The notes below the pieces were generated by a model. That model saw only the letters and a list, made by a program, of their open reading frames with translations, made no database searches and had not been told where the DNA came from. A stretch of 64,000 nucleotides of DNA from an uncultured Candidatus Saccharibacteria bacterium (GTDB taxonomy: Bacteria; Patescibacteriota; Minisyncoccia; Phycocordibacterales; PCTT01): assembly GCA_964566505.1 (NCBI GenBank), contig CAZMIM010000001.1, positions 65,140 to 129,139 on the forward strand, in the 5' to 3' direction. Made by a program: the position numbers and the translations under genes. Shown here piece by piece: positions 1-9,419 of the stretch (positions are counted from its first letter, which is position 1; every line of letters begins with the position of its first letter).

Positions 1-1115
1 GAGCGCAAATCATTTGCATGATTTAACAGAACAAAGATGGGTGTGTTAATTGCAGCCCATGAATATGCACCTCCTCTCTTTCCTTTTCTTGGGAAAAAGT
101 CTATTTGTCCATTTTTTAAAAATTCTTCAAAAACATCCTTGTATACTCCCCCCATTTTCTCTAGTGCATTTGAGAAAATTTTGATTGAGTCTTCTGCAGA
201 AAATTTTCTCTTGATTTTCCCGACTGGCGCATGTCTATCAACATAATAAAAATCTTTCAAACCAGTCATTTTCTTTTTCAGGCGGAAAAACTTTTTACTT
301 GCCGAGTAGTTACCAGCCACAGCATCTCGCAAAGCAAATACAACATCTTTGTCCATTTCATCCCCCTTCATTCTTTCTTCCAGAAGATAAGTATAACCTC
401 GTAAATTATCTTCAATTTTTTTGTTTGTTATAAGTGCATTTATTTCACTTTCAGCAAAATCAGTGGTTTCTTCCAACAAATTATCAAGGAGCTCTCTAAT
501 CTTTCTTCTATCTTTTGTATTCAATTTTGTGAGTTTAGAAGACGCTTCTGTTAAAGAGAGCTTCTCCCCTTTAAAAGTTATAGTTTTTTTGTGTAGAGAT
601 TTTTCTCTTCCTTGTGTCCACATACTACTACTTACGCCAGACTTTAGATTGAGAATCTTTTCTTCATCTTCAGACAAAAGATATTTTGTGTTTTCAAAAA
701 AGTTCTCAAGTAGATATTTATACTCTTTTAGATTGGGGTCTTTTAAAAACTTTTTCTGATTTGCTTTTGTTACATCTTTAAAAGACACGTTATAAAAAGT
801 AATATTGTTATATGCCTTGCGAAGCCGCTCGGAAAACAAATTGATTTTTGATTTTATTTTTGTATTAGTGCTGTCCAAATCCTCACTAAAATGTAAATAC
901 ATCATTGGACGTGGAAGTTCAAAATGTTTTTCTCTCTCTTGCATTACCTTTTTTAGCTCTTTTGCGTCTGTAAGATACTTGCGATTGTTTTTATACTTTT
1001 TCGCAAAAGATGAATATGCACGTTCAATTTTTTGTACATCTTTTTCGAGTTGTGGGTCATCTATTGATTTATACAACCGCTTAAGATCCCATTCTGTTTT
1101 GTAACCTTTTTTCAT
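1..1115 (-). CDS. pepF: Oligoendopeptidase F (peptidase M3B), 3' part outside the window
   Basis: Manual translation from ATG at 1115: MKKGYKTEWDLKRLYKSIDDP...GKRGGAYSW...FVLLNH. The N-terminal WDLxxLY and GKxxGAY motifs fit M3B; the HExxH motif would lie just off the left edge. Absent from the ORF track. Confidence 0.85.
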   Translation of the reverse strand, partial: MKKGYKTEWDLKRLYKSIDDPQLEKDVQKIERAYSSFAKKYKNNRKYLTDAKELKKVMQEREKHFELPRPMMYLHFSEDLDSTNTKIKSKINLFSERLRKAYNNITFYNVSFKDVTKANQKKFLKDPNLKEYKYLLENFFENTKYLLSEDEEKILNLKSGVSSSMWTQGREKSLHKKTITFKGEKLSLTEASSKLTKLNTKDRRKIRELLDNLLEETTDFAESEINALITNKKIEDNLRGYTYLLEERMKGDEMDKDVVFALRDAVAGNYSASKKFFRLKKKMTGLKDFYYVDRHAPVGKIKRKFSAEDSIKIFSNALEKMGGVYKDVFEEFLKNGQIDFFPRKGKRGGAYSWAAINTPIFVLLNHANDLR

Positions 1116-1116
1116 C

Positions 1117-1722
1117 TTATTTTTTCTTATTTTTAAAACGTTTTAGTAATTCAAAATCTTTTTCTAATACTGGTAGTTGCTTGCGATTATATATCGCAAC
1201 TGCCGGATGGTACAGAGGTAGAATATACATATCACCCCAGGACTGCTCTGTCTTAAAGAGTCTTCCTCGTCCTTGGCTAATCGGTAGCACTTCATCTGAA
1301 AGTCCAAACTGCTCCATAATATACTCCATTGAGTACCTACCAAGTGTAGCGATAACTTTTGGTTGGATGATTTCTATTTGCCGGAGAAGAAATGGGGTAT
1401 AGAGAGCTATTTCTTCTTTGCTTGGATCACGATTGTCTTGTGGGCGGTCTTTTACAATATTTGTAATATAAACATCTTCTCTATCGAGCTTTATATGCGC
1501 AAGTAGCCCATCAAGTACTTTCCCTGAAGCCCCACAAAATGGCCTTCCTGTTTGTGCTTCGTTTTTACCTGGAGCCTCACCGATAAAAACAATATCTGCA
1601 TCTGTATTTCCCTCACCTACTACTGGCACATAATCGTTTGAAACACGATATTCATAAAGTGGCGACTCTTTGAGAGCCACCAATTCATCTTTTATTTTCT
1701 CCATTTTCTTATCCTTCGTCAT
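1117..1722 (-). CDS. Uracil-DNA glycosylase, family 4
   Basis: GEAPG, GRPFCG, YITNIVK and YHPA motifs. Confidence 0.9.
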   Translation of the reverse strand: MTKDKKMEKIKDELVALKESPLYEYRVSNDYVPVVGEGNTDADIVFIGEAPGKNEAQTGRPFCGASGKVLDGLLAHIKLDREDVYITNIVKDRPQDNRDPSKEEIALYTPFLLRQIEIIQPKVIATLGRYSMEYIMEQFGLSDEVLPISQGRGRLFKTEQSWGDMYILPLYHPAVAIYNRKQLPVLEKDFELLKRFKNKKK

Positions 1723-2380
1723 TTTCTTCCTCTACAAGTGGAACAAATACAAACCCTGGAAACTCTTCTGTATCAAACTCGTCGTTTTCTTTCTTTGTAT
1801 ATTTCCAAATTGAGTTATCGACTGGTGCCACAAGCACTCCTCCAACTTTTAACTGTCGTAGAAGCTCTTCTGGAAGTTCGCTTGTCGCAGATGCTGATAC
1901 CAAAATCCTATCGTATGGTGCATGCTCGGCGTTACCGACAATATCCTCTGCTTCTGTAAGCGTAACATTTGGATATCCTGAAAGTCTTTCTTTTGCTATA
2001 TCTAATAGCTCTTTCACCCGCTCTACACCTACCACATCGCCACTATCGCCCACCATCACAGAAAGAAGGGCTGCAGTAAATCCAGAACCAGCACCCACAT
2101 CAAGAACATGGTGACCCTCTTCTACACCCAAAAGCTCTAACATAAATGCCACTGTCGTTGGCTGAGAAATAGTTTGCCCATGACCAATAGGAATAGCGTA
2201 GTCTTCGTATGCTTCAAATTTATAATCCTCTGTTAGAAAGTCTTTTCTGTCTACTTCTGTGAATGCTTTTTCTACAAGCGGATTTTTAAACACACCACTG
2301 TTGTTTTTCAGATGTGCGAGTAAATCCTCTCGTGTAGAGAGTGGTGTATTTAGAATGTCATTTAAATCTTTGTTTTCCAT
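1709..2380 (-). CDS. pcm: Protein-L-isoaspartate O-methyltransferase
   Basis: GQTISQP, VLDVGAGSG, APYDRI and FVFVPL motifs. Confidence 0.93.
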   Translation of the reverse strand: MENKDLNDILNTPLSTREDLLAHLKNNSGVFKNPLVEKAFTEVDRKDFLTEDYKFEAYEDYAIPIGHGQTISQPTTVAFMLELLGVEEGHHVLDVGAGSGFTAALLSVMVGDSGDVVGVERVKELLDIAKERLSGYPNVTLTEAEDIVGNAEHAPYDRILVSASATSELPEELLRQLKVGGVLVAPVDNSIWKYTKKENDEFDTEEFPGFVFVPLVEEENDEG

Positions 2381-2384
2381 TTTT

Positions 2385-2639
2385 TTAAATAGTTACTCCT
2401 TCTTTTTGTAATAATTCCCGCTTCTTTCCTTTCAGTCCATTGTATCCGCCCACTTTGCCATCACTTCTAATAACCCTATGACATGGCACAGAGCCATCTT
2501 TGTTTTGCTTCATTATCATTCCCACTGCTCGCGCTGCCCCCGGAGAGCCTGCGCGCTTTGCAACTTCGCCATATGAAAGCGTTTCACCTTTTGGAATATT
2601 TTGTACAACGCTTATCACGCGCTCTTTAAATAGTGTCAT
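2385..2639 (-). CDS. MGMT/alkyltransferase family protein (C-terminal domain only)
   Basis: IPKGETLSYGEVA...AARAVG...VPCHRVI; likely start MTLFKERV at 2639. Confidence 0.88.
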   Translation of the reverse strand: MTLFKERVISVVQNIPKGETLSYGEVAKRAGSPGAARAVGMIMKQNKDGSVPCHRVIRSDGKVGGYNGLKGKKRELLQKEGVTI

Positions 2640-2640
2640 A

Positions 2641-3441
2641 TTAAAAAAGTGTGTCTGGGCTACTCTCTTTGCTCTCATTTGAAGAGTCTCCGTTTTCCTC
2701 AAGTACAACATCAACAGCCTTTCTGTATGTACAATACTCACAGTCCTCGCCTTGCTCTGGAGCACTTTCTTTATCAAGTGTCTCTTTTGCACGCAAAAGC
2801 GCGTCATCTACCCATGAGTCGTCTCCTTCATAAGGGATAACCTTCATACGAAACTCGAGCACTCCTGAAAATGTTTCTTTATCACGCCGTCCATTTGCAT
2901 ACACAAAATACCCTACCGGTGAGACTTTGAATCCGTTTTGTCGAAGTAGCCATTGGTACACCTCCATTTGTCTTTTATATCCATCCTGCCAATCTGCATC
3001 TAGTGTTACTTCCTCGTCTTTTGATGTTGCTTTGTAGTCCACAACGATAAGCTCTCCATCTGGGTTGACCCACACATCATCGACTGCACCTGAAACGGTA
3101 AGACCTGTTGGTTTGTGAAATGTATCAACGCCCTTGAAGTTGTCGCGCCAAATATCCATGTCCTTGTGGGCAAATGGCACTGCATCAATACCAAAGCGTG
3201 TCATAAGTGGATGCGGACTCTGTGCACGACGATGTGCATCAAACTCTTTTTTGAGAAGCTCATCAACTGCACTGTTGAGGTTGAATGGATACCCACGAGG
3301 TCGTGCAGTGCCTAGCTTGTTGTCGATATAAAAACAGCGCGGGCACTCGATAAAAAGATCGAGTTTTGAACGTGAAAGTCGCCAATTTGGGCCACCATAA
3401 TTCCACTTTTCATTTCGGTGCGGTTTATAAAACGAAGCCAT
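2641..3441 (-). CDS. PD-(D/E)XK nuclease (Cas4/AddB-like)
   Basis: LSRSKL..F.ECPRCF, GAVDD, IVVDYKA, QMEVY, C-terminal CEYC. Confidence 0.85.
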   Translation of the reverse strand: MASFYKPHRNEKWNYGGPNWRLSRSKLDLFIECPRCFYIDNKLGTARPRGYPFNLNSAVDELLKKEFDAHRRAQSPHPLMTRFGIDAVPFAHKDMDIWRDNFKGVDTFHKPTGLTVSGAVDDVWVNPDGELIVVDYKATSKDEEVTLDADWQDGYKRQMEVYQWLLRQNGFKVSPVGYFVYANGRRDKETFSGVLEFRMKVIPYEGDDSWVDDALLRAKETLDKESAPEQGEDCEYCTYRKAVDVVLEENGDSSNESKESSPDTLF

Positions 3442-3483
3442 AATACAGACATTGTACCACGCACCCTAATAACCCAAAACAAA

Positions 3484-3510
3484 GTTTGGGAAGGTCAGAC
3501 CTTCCCAAAC
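3484..3510. repeat. REP-like 27-bp palindrome, family 1, copy 1
   Basis: GTTTGGGAAGGTCAGACCTTCCCAAAC. Confidence 0.9.
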
Positions 3511-3511
3511 A

Positions 3512-3550
3512 AAAACCAACGGCTCATATTCAAAATGAGCCGTTGGTTTT
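3512..3550. repeat. Family 2 hairpin (AACGGCTCA...TGAGCCGTT), probable bidirectional terminator
   Basis: AAAACCAACGGCTCAT-ATTCAAA-ATGAGCCGTTGGTTTT. Confidence 0.8.
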
Positions 3551-3588
3551 AACTAATCGCTAGTGGCTAGTGATTAAAACCTAGCAAA

Positions 3589-4242
3589 CTATCGAGGTGT
3601 TCCTGAGAATGTTTGGAATGTTGTCATTACCTCTACAGCATCTGCTGTTTGGTATGGTACATCTTGAGTAAAATCAAACTCTCGATCTCCGTTGTCTGAG
3701 TGAAGCTTTACATAGTAAAGACTATCAGCAACGGTTCCGCGAAGAAGCGGTACATCTACATCCGCAAATTCACCTGCGTCATAAATGCGTGCCCCAAGAA
3801 TGCTTCCTGGTACTCCCTCGTTATCTTCAAATACTACTACCCATGATGTTCTATCAAGTGATAGTGCTGAGACAGCTACTGTGTCTCCAAAATTTTGATC
3901 TTCTACAGCTAGAACTACTTCTGTTTCAAGTGTTACTGGCTCTGCAGGAGTATCTGAGTGAGTATCTGCCATGTACTCATCCTCCATCATTGTGTCTGCG
4001 TCTTCAAGCGCCTCATCATTTGAACCTGCGTTTCCTGTACCAAATACAAGAAATCCGATTCCAAATCCGATAAGAACACCTAAGATTGCAACAACAATCA
4101 TTTTCTTTGTGTCATTTTGTGTATTATTTTCCATATCTTCTTCAATATTTATATCAGCGAGAGATGGTTCGTGATTGTTGTTATACTCCTCCTGAAGTGA
4201 ATCAACATCCTCATCATTTCCATCAAATGGGATAATTTCCAT
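3589..4242 (-). CDS. Membrane-anchored acidic surface protein
   Basis: One hydrophobic helix, then a beta-rich domain (WVVVFED..G.PG.ILG...LHSDNGDREFD). Confidence 0.7.
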   Translation of the reverse strand: MEIIPFDGNDEDVDSLQEEYNNNHEPSLADINIEEDMENNTQNDTKKMIVVAILGVLIGFGIGFLVFGTGNAGSNDEALEDADTMMEDEYMADTHSDTPAEPVTLETEVVLAVEDQNFGDTVAVSALSLDRTSWVVVFEDNEGVPGSILGARIYDAGEFADVDVPLLRGTVADSLYYVKLHSDNGDREFDFTQDVPYQTADAVEVMTTFQTFSGTPR

Positions 4243-4358
4243 ACAAAATCTGATAAAACTTATAATTTTCCTAACAATCTGCCCTTATTATAGACCAAAG
4301 TACAAAAAAAGTGCAGAAATGCACTGTAATGATGAAAATTTCAAGAAAAGTCAATAAA

Positions 4359-5210
4359 TTAAACCTCCTTTCCAGCTTTGTAGAGCTGTTCTATTTCTTT
4401 TATAACTTTTGCTTGGTCTTCGTCTGAGAGACCAATATGAGAAAGAACCTGAGGTTTTTCTTTTACAGTTTTACACAAAACAATATCCTTTCCTAAAAGC
4501 CTCTTTTTATTTTCTTGTGAAAGAGTAGTAAGACATGTAATAGGTTGAAGACCACTTTCTTCTATCATTTCTTGTAGATTACCTTTATCAGGATATGACC
4601 ACCCAATAAGTGTAATACCGGCACATTTACCATACGCAATGGCGTTGTGAGTAAATTTTGTATTAGTCATTAACCAAAATGAATGCTTCTTACCGCATGA
4701 CAATATATCCTCACATTTTCCAATCATAAGATCGTCATATCGTGCCTTTACATAAAGTGCCACTTTCATGTCAGACTTCACACCAGGCTTGTTATGAAAC
4801 TTTGCCTCAATGGTTATATAGTTTTCATCATCTTCTGCCAAAATATCTATCTCATGTGTCGCACACTTTCCTTTTAGAATTTTTCCAATCTGTGTTGTAT
4901 AGCCACGTTCAGTAAGAACCCTTTCCATAAACTGCTCAAAAGGGAAACCACTTGGCCCCAAATCCATGATAGCCCTTCTTAGTGAATAGCTAGCTGCAAC
5001 TCCTGCCCTTAGATTGCTTAATTGTGCAAAAGCGGCTTTATATATTTCTTGTGTAGTATCTCCGTCAGATATCTCTTGATTCACAAAAGAAAGCACATCT
5101 GCGACCTCTGTTTCATTCGCACCTGATCTTTTTAAAGAACGCATGAGCTTCTCTTCTCGAAATGGCTCCTGCGTTCCGTCTGCTTTTGTGATTATCACCT
5201 GACGAGACAT
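4359..5210 (-). CDS. ATP-cone domain fused to an Mrr-like restriction endonuclease domain
   Basis: N-terminal IITKADG..EPF.EEKL (ATP cone); GFPFEQF...EIDILA...IEAK (PD-(D/E)XK). Confidence 0.85.
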   Translation of the reverse strand: MSRQVIITKADGTQEPFREEKLMRSLKRSGANETEVADVLSFVNQEISDGDTTQEIYKAAFAQLSNLRAGVAASYSLRRAIMDLGPSGFPFEQFMERVLTERGYTTQIGKILKGKCATHEIDILAEDDENYITIEAKFHNKPGVKSDMKVALYVKARYDDLMIGKCEDILSCGKKHSFWLMTNTKFTHNAIAYGKCAGITLIGWSYPDKGNLQEMIEESGLQPITCLTTLSQENKKRLLGKDIVLCKTVKEKPQVLSHIGLSDEDQAKVIKEIEQLYKAGKEV

Positions 5211-5213
5211 GTG

Positions 5214-5711
5214 TTATTGATCGTTCTCTGTTTCTTCTACGACCATCTCATCAACGTCTGTATTTCCATCTGCCGGCATTCCCATTGATGCGTCTCCATT
5301 AGACTCTACAATAATCAAATTGATTTTCTTTCCGTTATAAGTCGCATCTACTGTAGCTTGCTCACTAGCACCTACAAGAATACGAAATTCCTTAGGAGTA
5401 ATCACTTGTGCACACATTACATCTTCTGCTGGAGGTGTTACCACAAACGAAAGAGTGATTTGCTCTGGATATGACTCACGAACAAGAGCTTCTGTATAAA
5501 GCTCGTAACATGGGTTTGGAAATTCAATAACCCCTGAATATTCGTGCAAATTATCAGTATATACAAAATCAGCAACAATCTCTGCTGGCATGTATGACAT
5601 TTTGTCGTGATCTTTTTCGGCTTTATCTTCAAAACTCGTATCTGCAACAAGCATTCCGAAAATCACAACCAATACAATTATTAAAACATTTGTGAGTAAA
5701 GATGTTTTCAT
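5214..5711 (-). CDS. Membrane-anchored hypothetical protein
   Basis: N-terminal TM helix, PNPCY and MCAQVI motifs, AGAGGA SD before ATG 5711. Confidence 0.65.
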   Translation of the reverse strand: MKTSLLTNVLIIVLVVIFGMLVADTSFEDKAEKDHDKMSYMPAEIVADFVYTDNLHEYSGVIEFPNPCYELYTEALVRESYPEQITLSFVVTPPAEDVMCAQVITPKEFRILVGASEQATVDATYNGKKINLIIVESNGDASMGMPADGNTDVDEMVVEETENDQ

Positions 5712-5760
5712 ACGTCCTCTCTTAAATAATAAAACCATCTTTAGTATATCACAGGATATA

Positions 5761-6816
5761 TTATGGAAGTATTTCCTCTATAATTCCCCCACCTACACAC
5801 TCATTATCTCGATATAACACCAGAGATTGCCCTACAGCAACAGCTTTTTGAGGTTCATTGAAAGTCGCTGTATTGCCATCAAGCTTGCATGGGAAAAGTG
5901 TTTGTCTATATCGAAGACGCGCCTGATATCCACCATCAGCATTGTCTTTGCGCATAACCATATCGCAAAGCTTTACAGACGATGCGTTGAATACCGGGTT
6001 GTCCTTTCCCTCTTTGTCAGACACGGTGATGGTGTTTTGCTCTATATCTTTTGAAACCACAAAATACGGCTTGTCATTTGGTGTCTTTTTTGTAATTCGG
6101 AAACCTCTTCGCTCACCAATGGTAAAAAATAATGCGCCGTCATGCTCACCAATCACAACACCCTCTTCATTCAAAACATTACCTTTTTCCTCTTTTATAT
6201 AGTGCGTTAGAAAATCCTTCATAGAAATATCTCCAAGAAAACATATTCCCTGACTATCTTTTTTAGAAGCAGTAGAAAGTCCTTCTTTTTCTGCAATGGC
6301 TCTTACTTCGCTCTTTTGGAGATGACCTACTGGAAAGAGAACGTGTGAAAGCTGTTCTTTTGTGAGTGTCCAAAGAAAATACGACTGATCTTTTCCTTCA
6401 TCTGCCCCCGCAACAAGAGCGTCGCCTATATTTTTTGCATAGTGGCCTGTAGCAACATAGTCTGCGCCATTTAGAAGTGCCCACTTTAGAAAACCTCCAA
6501 ACTTTACATATCTATTACACATCACATCTGGATTTGGTGTTCTACCCTTTTTATACTCAGAAATCATATAGTCTGCGACTTCCTCTTTATACTCTTTACT
6601 CAAATCAAGCTCATGAAATGGAATATCTAGATGTGCACATACACGCATTGCATCACGACGCTCTTCTTTCCAGTTACACTCCAAAAACTCCGGGTACCAC
6701 ACCTTTATAAAAACTCCTTCTACGTCGTAGCCCGCTTCTTTTAGTAGATGTGCAGACACAGAAGAATCTACACCACCCGAGAGACCTACATATACTTTTT
6801 TATTCGTGTTACTCAT
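5761..6816 (-). CDS. mnmA: tRNA 2-thiouridylase
   Basis: SGGVDS, NPDVMCN, ATGHY, KDQSYFL, SQGICF. Confidence 0.96.
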   Translation of the reverse strand: MSNTNKKVYVGLSGGVDSSVSAHLLKEAGYDVEGVFIKVWYPEFLECNWKEERRDAMRVCAHLDIPFHELDLSKEYKEEVADYMISEYKKGRTPNPDVMCNRYVKFGGFLKWALLNGADYVATGHYAKNIGDALVAGADEGKDQSYFLWTLTKEQLSHVLFPVGHLQKSEVRAIAEKEGLSTASKKDSQGICFLGDISMKDFLTHYIKEEKGNVLNEEGVVIGEHDGALFFTIGERRGFRITKKTPNDKPYFVVSKDIEQNTITVSDKEGKDNPVFNASSVKLCDMVMRKDNADGGYQARLRYRQTLFPCKLDGNTATFNEPQKAVAVGQSLVLYRDNECVGGGIIEEILP

Positions 6817-6879
6817 AAAAAATAAATTCTAAGCACTAATTTCTAATAACTAAACTGTTTAGAGTTTAGATATTAGCAT

Positions 6880-7554
6880 TTAGGATTTAAGAAAATCATT
6901 CTTTGATTTTCGTTTATTCCATTCTTCTATTTCTTTGTGGTTACCTGAAAGTAATACTTTTGGAACTCTGTATTTCTTTTTCTTATACTCAAATACTTCT
7001 GGTCTGGTATATAGCTCGCTTGATGCATTTCTTTTCTCTTCTTGAGAATCACTGTTTCCAAGAACGCCATCAACGTGTCGAGACACCGCATCAAGTACCA
7101 CCATTGCTGGAAGCTCGCCTCCAGTAAGCACATAAGGGCCGATAGACACCTCTTCTGCATTGGTGATTTTCTTTACTCGTGCATCGATACCTTCATATCG
7201 TCCTGAAATCATTACAATATGATCGTACTTCGAAGCAAGCTCTCGTGCATACGCATTACTAAACTGCTTACCGCTCGGTGAAAAAATGAGTGTTTTTACA
7301 TTCTTTTTCTTTCCAACTGCTTTTTGGAATGCCTTTACGATAGGTTCTACCTGCATCACCATTCCAGGCCCTCCACCATATGGCTTGTCATCGACCTGCT
7401 TGTGCTTGTCGATAGAGTAATCCCGTGGATTATAGAAATTTATAGAAATCTTTTTGTTCTTTATTGCGCGAGCAATAATAGAATCGCCCAAATACGAATC
7501 AAACATTTTGGGAAAGAGTGTGATGATATGAAATTGTTTTTTCTTGTTTTTCAT
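6880..7554 (-). CDS. trmD: tRNA (guanine37-N1)-methyltransferase
   Basis: VDDKPYGGGPGMV, GRYEGID, SIGPYVLTGGE; start MKNKKK at 7554. Confidence 0.96.
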   Translation of the reverse strand: MKNKKKQFHIITLFPKMFDSYLGDSIIARAIKNKKISINFYNPRDYSIDKHKQVDDKPYGGGPGMVMQVEPIVKAFQKAVGKKKNVKTLIFSPSGKQFSNAYARELASKYDHIVMISGRYEGIDARVKKITNAEEVSIGPYVLTGGELPAMVVLDAVSRHVDGVLGNSDSQEEKRNASSELYTRPEVFEYKKKKYRVPKVLLSGNHKEIEEWNKRKSKNDFLKS

Positions 7555-7598
7555 ATGAAAAAGTCGTGGCAAAATAATACCACGACTTTTTGAATTTG

Positions 7599-7817
7599 TC
7601 ATCGAAAGAGATCCAGCGGATAGCCTGGTAAAGACAGTATCTCAAGGGCTATGCCCAGCAAAGCAATCCAAACCCCTCTTCTTTGAAGTTTTTGTTCGCG
7701 CAACTTGCTGATATACAACTTTTTTCTTTTTACGTTAGCATAAACCAACAAAGATACTCCACTGAATAAAACTAAGACAGAAAATACTGGTATAACAAAG
7801 GGAAGAAGTGTCTGCAT
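7599..7817 (-). CDS. Small two-TM hypothetical protein
   Basis: AAGGAG SD, two hydrophobic segments, flanking palindromic terminators. Confidence 0.6.
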   Translation of the reverse strand: MQTLLPFVIPVFSVLVLFSGVSLLVYANVKRKKLYISKLREQKLQRRGVWIALLGIALEILSLPGYPLDLFR

Positions 7818-7903
7818 TTGTATCTCCTTTTTAGTGAACGTTTTATTTAATATAGCACAAAAGCCACGACGCGCGCGTCGTGGCTTTGATTTTAGTGTGG
7901 ACT

Positions 7904-8149
7904 TCAGAAGAAAATATATAGCGAGCAAAGCATTGCAAAGCCAGTAATGGTTGCCCGACGTGAGAAGCGCAAAACCCTTGTTTCTCTTTGAAGCTCAGAC
8001 CGCAGCCTTGCAGCCTGTGCTCCTCGTACTTCCAAACGAATCGCTCCCTCGAGCTCTTTGCAATTTCCTGACCACGCAATCCACATTACACCTCCTGCCA
8101 CAAGACCTATGGGGCCAAAAATAACAAACAAAGTGCTGAGAAGTTCCAT
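7904..8149 (-). CDS. Small two-TM hypothetical protein
   Basis: GAGGTG SD, hydrophobic N- and C-termini, GC-rich palindrome at ~7861-7888 downstream. Confidence 0.6.
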   Translation of the reverse strand: MELLSTLFVIFGPIGLVAGGVMWIAWSGNCKELEGAIRLEVRGAQAARLRSELQRETRVLRFSRRATITGFAMLCSLYIFF

Positions 8150-8250
8150 GATTCACCTCTTTTTGTATTTGTACAATCAAAAACATATTACCACACAAAA
8201 ACCACCTCGTAAATAAAGGTGGTTTTTGTTTAAGTTGTTTAAGGTTGTGC

Positions 8251-8595
8251 TTACGCGTCTCCCTTTAGCTCTTCCATTGCTTCGTCTACTGCAGAAGCTG
8301 GATCTGCTGCCTCAACTGCTGGTGCAGATGGTCGCTCGCTTGAGCGATATCCTCCTGCTGGCTCGTTGATTTTAAGATTCACACGCGCTTGGTTTTTCAT
8401 ACCAACAACTCGAAGTAGTGTTCGAATTGCCTTTGCTGTATTACCATTTCGTCCAATAATCTTACCCATGTCTTCTTTGTTAACATCGAGGGTAATGAGT
8501 ACTCCCATTTCATCAACAGTACGATCAACCTTTACGTCTTCTGGGTGATCTACCAATGACTTCACAACATACTCAAGAAAATCTCTATCTTCCAT
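8251..8595 (-). CDS. khpA: KH-domain RNA-binding protein
   Basis: DMGKIIGRNGNTAKAIRTL; rpsP-khpA-trmD context. Confidence 0.92.
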   Translation of the reverse strand: MEDRDFLEYVVKSLVDHPEDVKVDRTVDEMGVLITLDVNKEDMGKIIGRNGNTAKAIRTLLRVVGMKNQARVNLKINEPAGGYRSSERPSAPAVEAADPASAVDEAMEELKGDA

Positions 8596-8759
8596 GTTGA
8601 ATCAAGTATTAGTTTCTAACGTACAAACACGAAAAACCCGTGCTAGTAATGGTGATTATACAACAGATACGGCGAATCTCAAGGCAGCCTCGTGGAAAAC
8701 AAAAAGAGTGGCAAAACTTAATTTTGTAATTTTTAAATAACAAAATAATTCATAATAAT

Positions 8760-8791
8760 TTCTTATTGTACGATGTATCGTACAATAAGAA
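8760..8791. repeat. Perfect palindrome with 15-bp arms
   Basis: TTCTTATTGTACGAT-GT-ATCGTACAATAAGAA. Confidence 0.8.
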
Positions 8792-8858
8792 CAATTTATT
8801 ATTTTTGTGTATTTTATTATTTTTTAGCAATAAAAAACGACCCGAGTGGGTCGTTTGT

Positions 8859-9350
8859 TTATTCTGCTGATTCTTCAGTTGGAGTTTCTCCAGTAGCCTC
8901 TTCTACTGGCGCCTCCTCAGCTGGTGTTTCCTCTACAGGATCTTCTTCTGCTGGCGCTTCCTCGGCAGGAGTTTCTTCTGAAGGTGTTTCCTCAGCCAGA
9001 CTCTCGTCCTGAGTAGCCTCTGGAGCTTCTGCTGGAGTCTCTTCTGCCGGTGTTTCCTCTGGCTTCTCGCTTACAATAGGAGATTTCTTTGGTAGAACAT
9101 TCTTGGCCTTTCCTTCGATGATTCCCTCTTTTACCAAAAGGTTGTGAACTGTATCAGAAAGCTGTGCACCTACTGACATCCAGTGCTTTACTCTATCACC
9201 CTTAATCTCACGCGTATCTGTTCGCGCATCATATGAACCAAGGTTCTCAATATATTTACCGCTCTTAGGACCACGATGTTTTTCTGTAACCACCACTCGA
9301 TATGATGGATCGTGCTTTCGCCCTACTCGCTTTAATCTAATTTTTAACAT
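8859..9350 (-). CDS. rpsP: 30S ribosomal protein S16 with an acidic repeat tail
   Basis: MLKIRLKRVGRKHDPSYRVVV...GAQLSDTV; EETPAEE repeats. Confidence 0.95.
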   Translation of the reverse strand: MLKIRLKRVGRKHDPSYRVVVTEKHRGPKSGKYIENLGSYDARTDTREIKGDRVKHWMSVGAQLSDTVHNLLVKEGIIEGKAKNVLPKKSPIVSEKPEETPAEETPAEAPEATQDESLAEETPSEETPAEEAPAEEDPVEETPAEEAPVEEATGETPTEESAE

Positions 9351-9419
9351 GGCGCACATAATAACAGAATAAAGATTACTACGCAATAGCACTCTCTTCT
9401 GTTACAATAGACAAACTTT

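Noticed and set aside
2641-3550. Cas4-like nuclease next to palindromic repeats as a CRISPR locus
   Set aside because: No repeat-spacer array and no cas1/cas2; the palindromes are dispersed singletons
8859-9070. EETPAEE tandem repeats
   Set aside because: Low-complexity acidic tail of S16, common in several phyla
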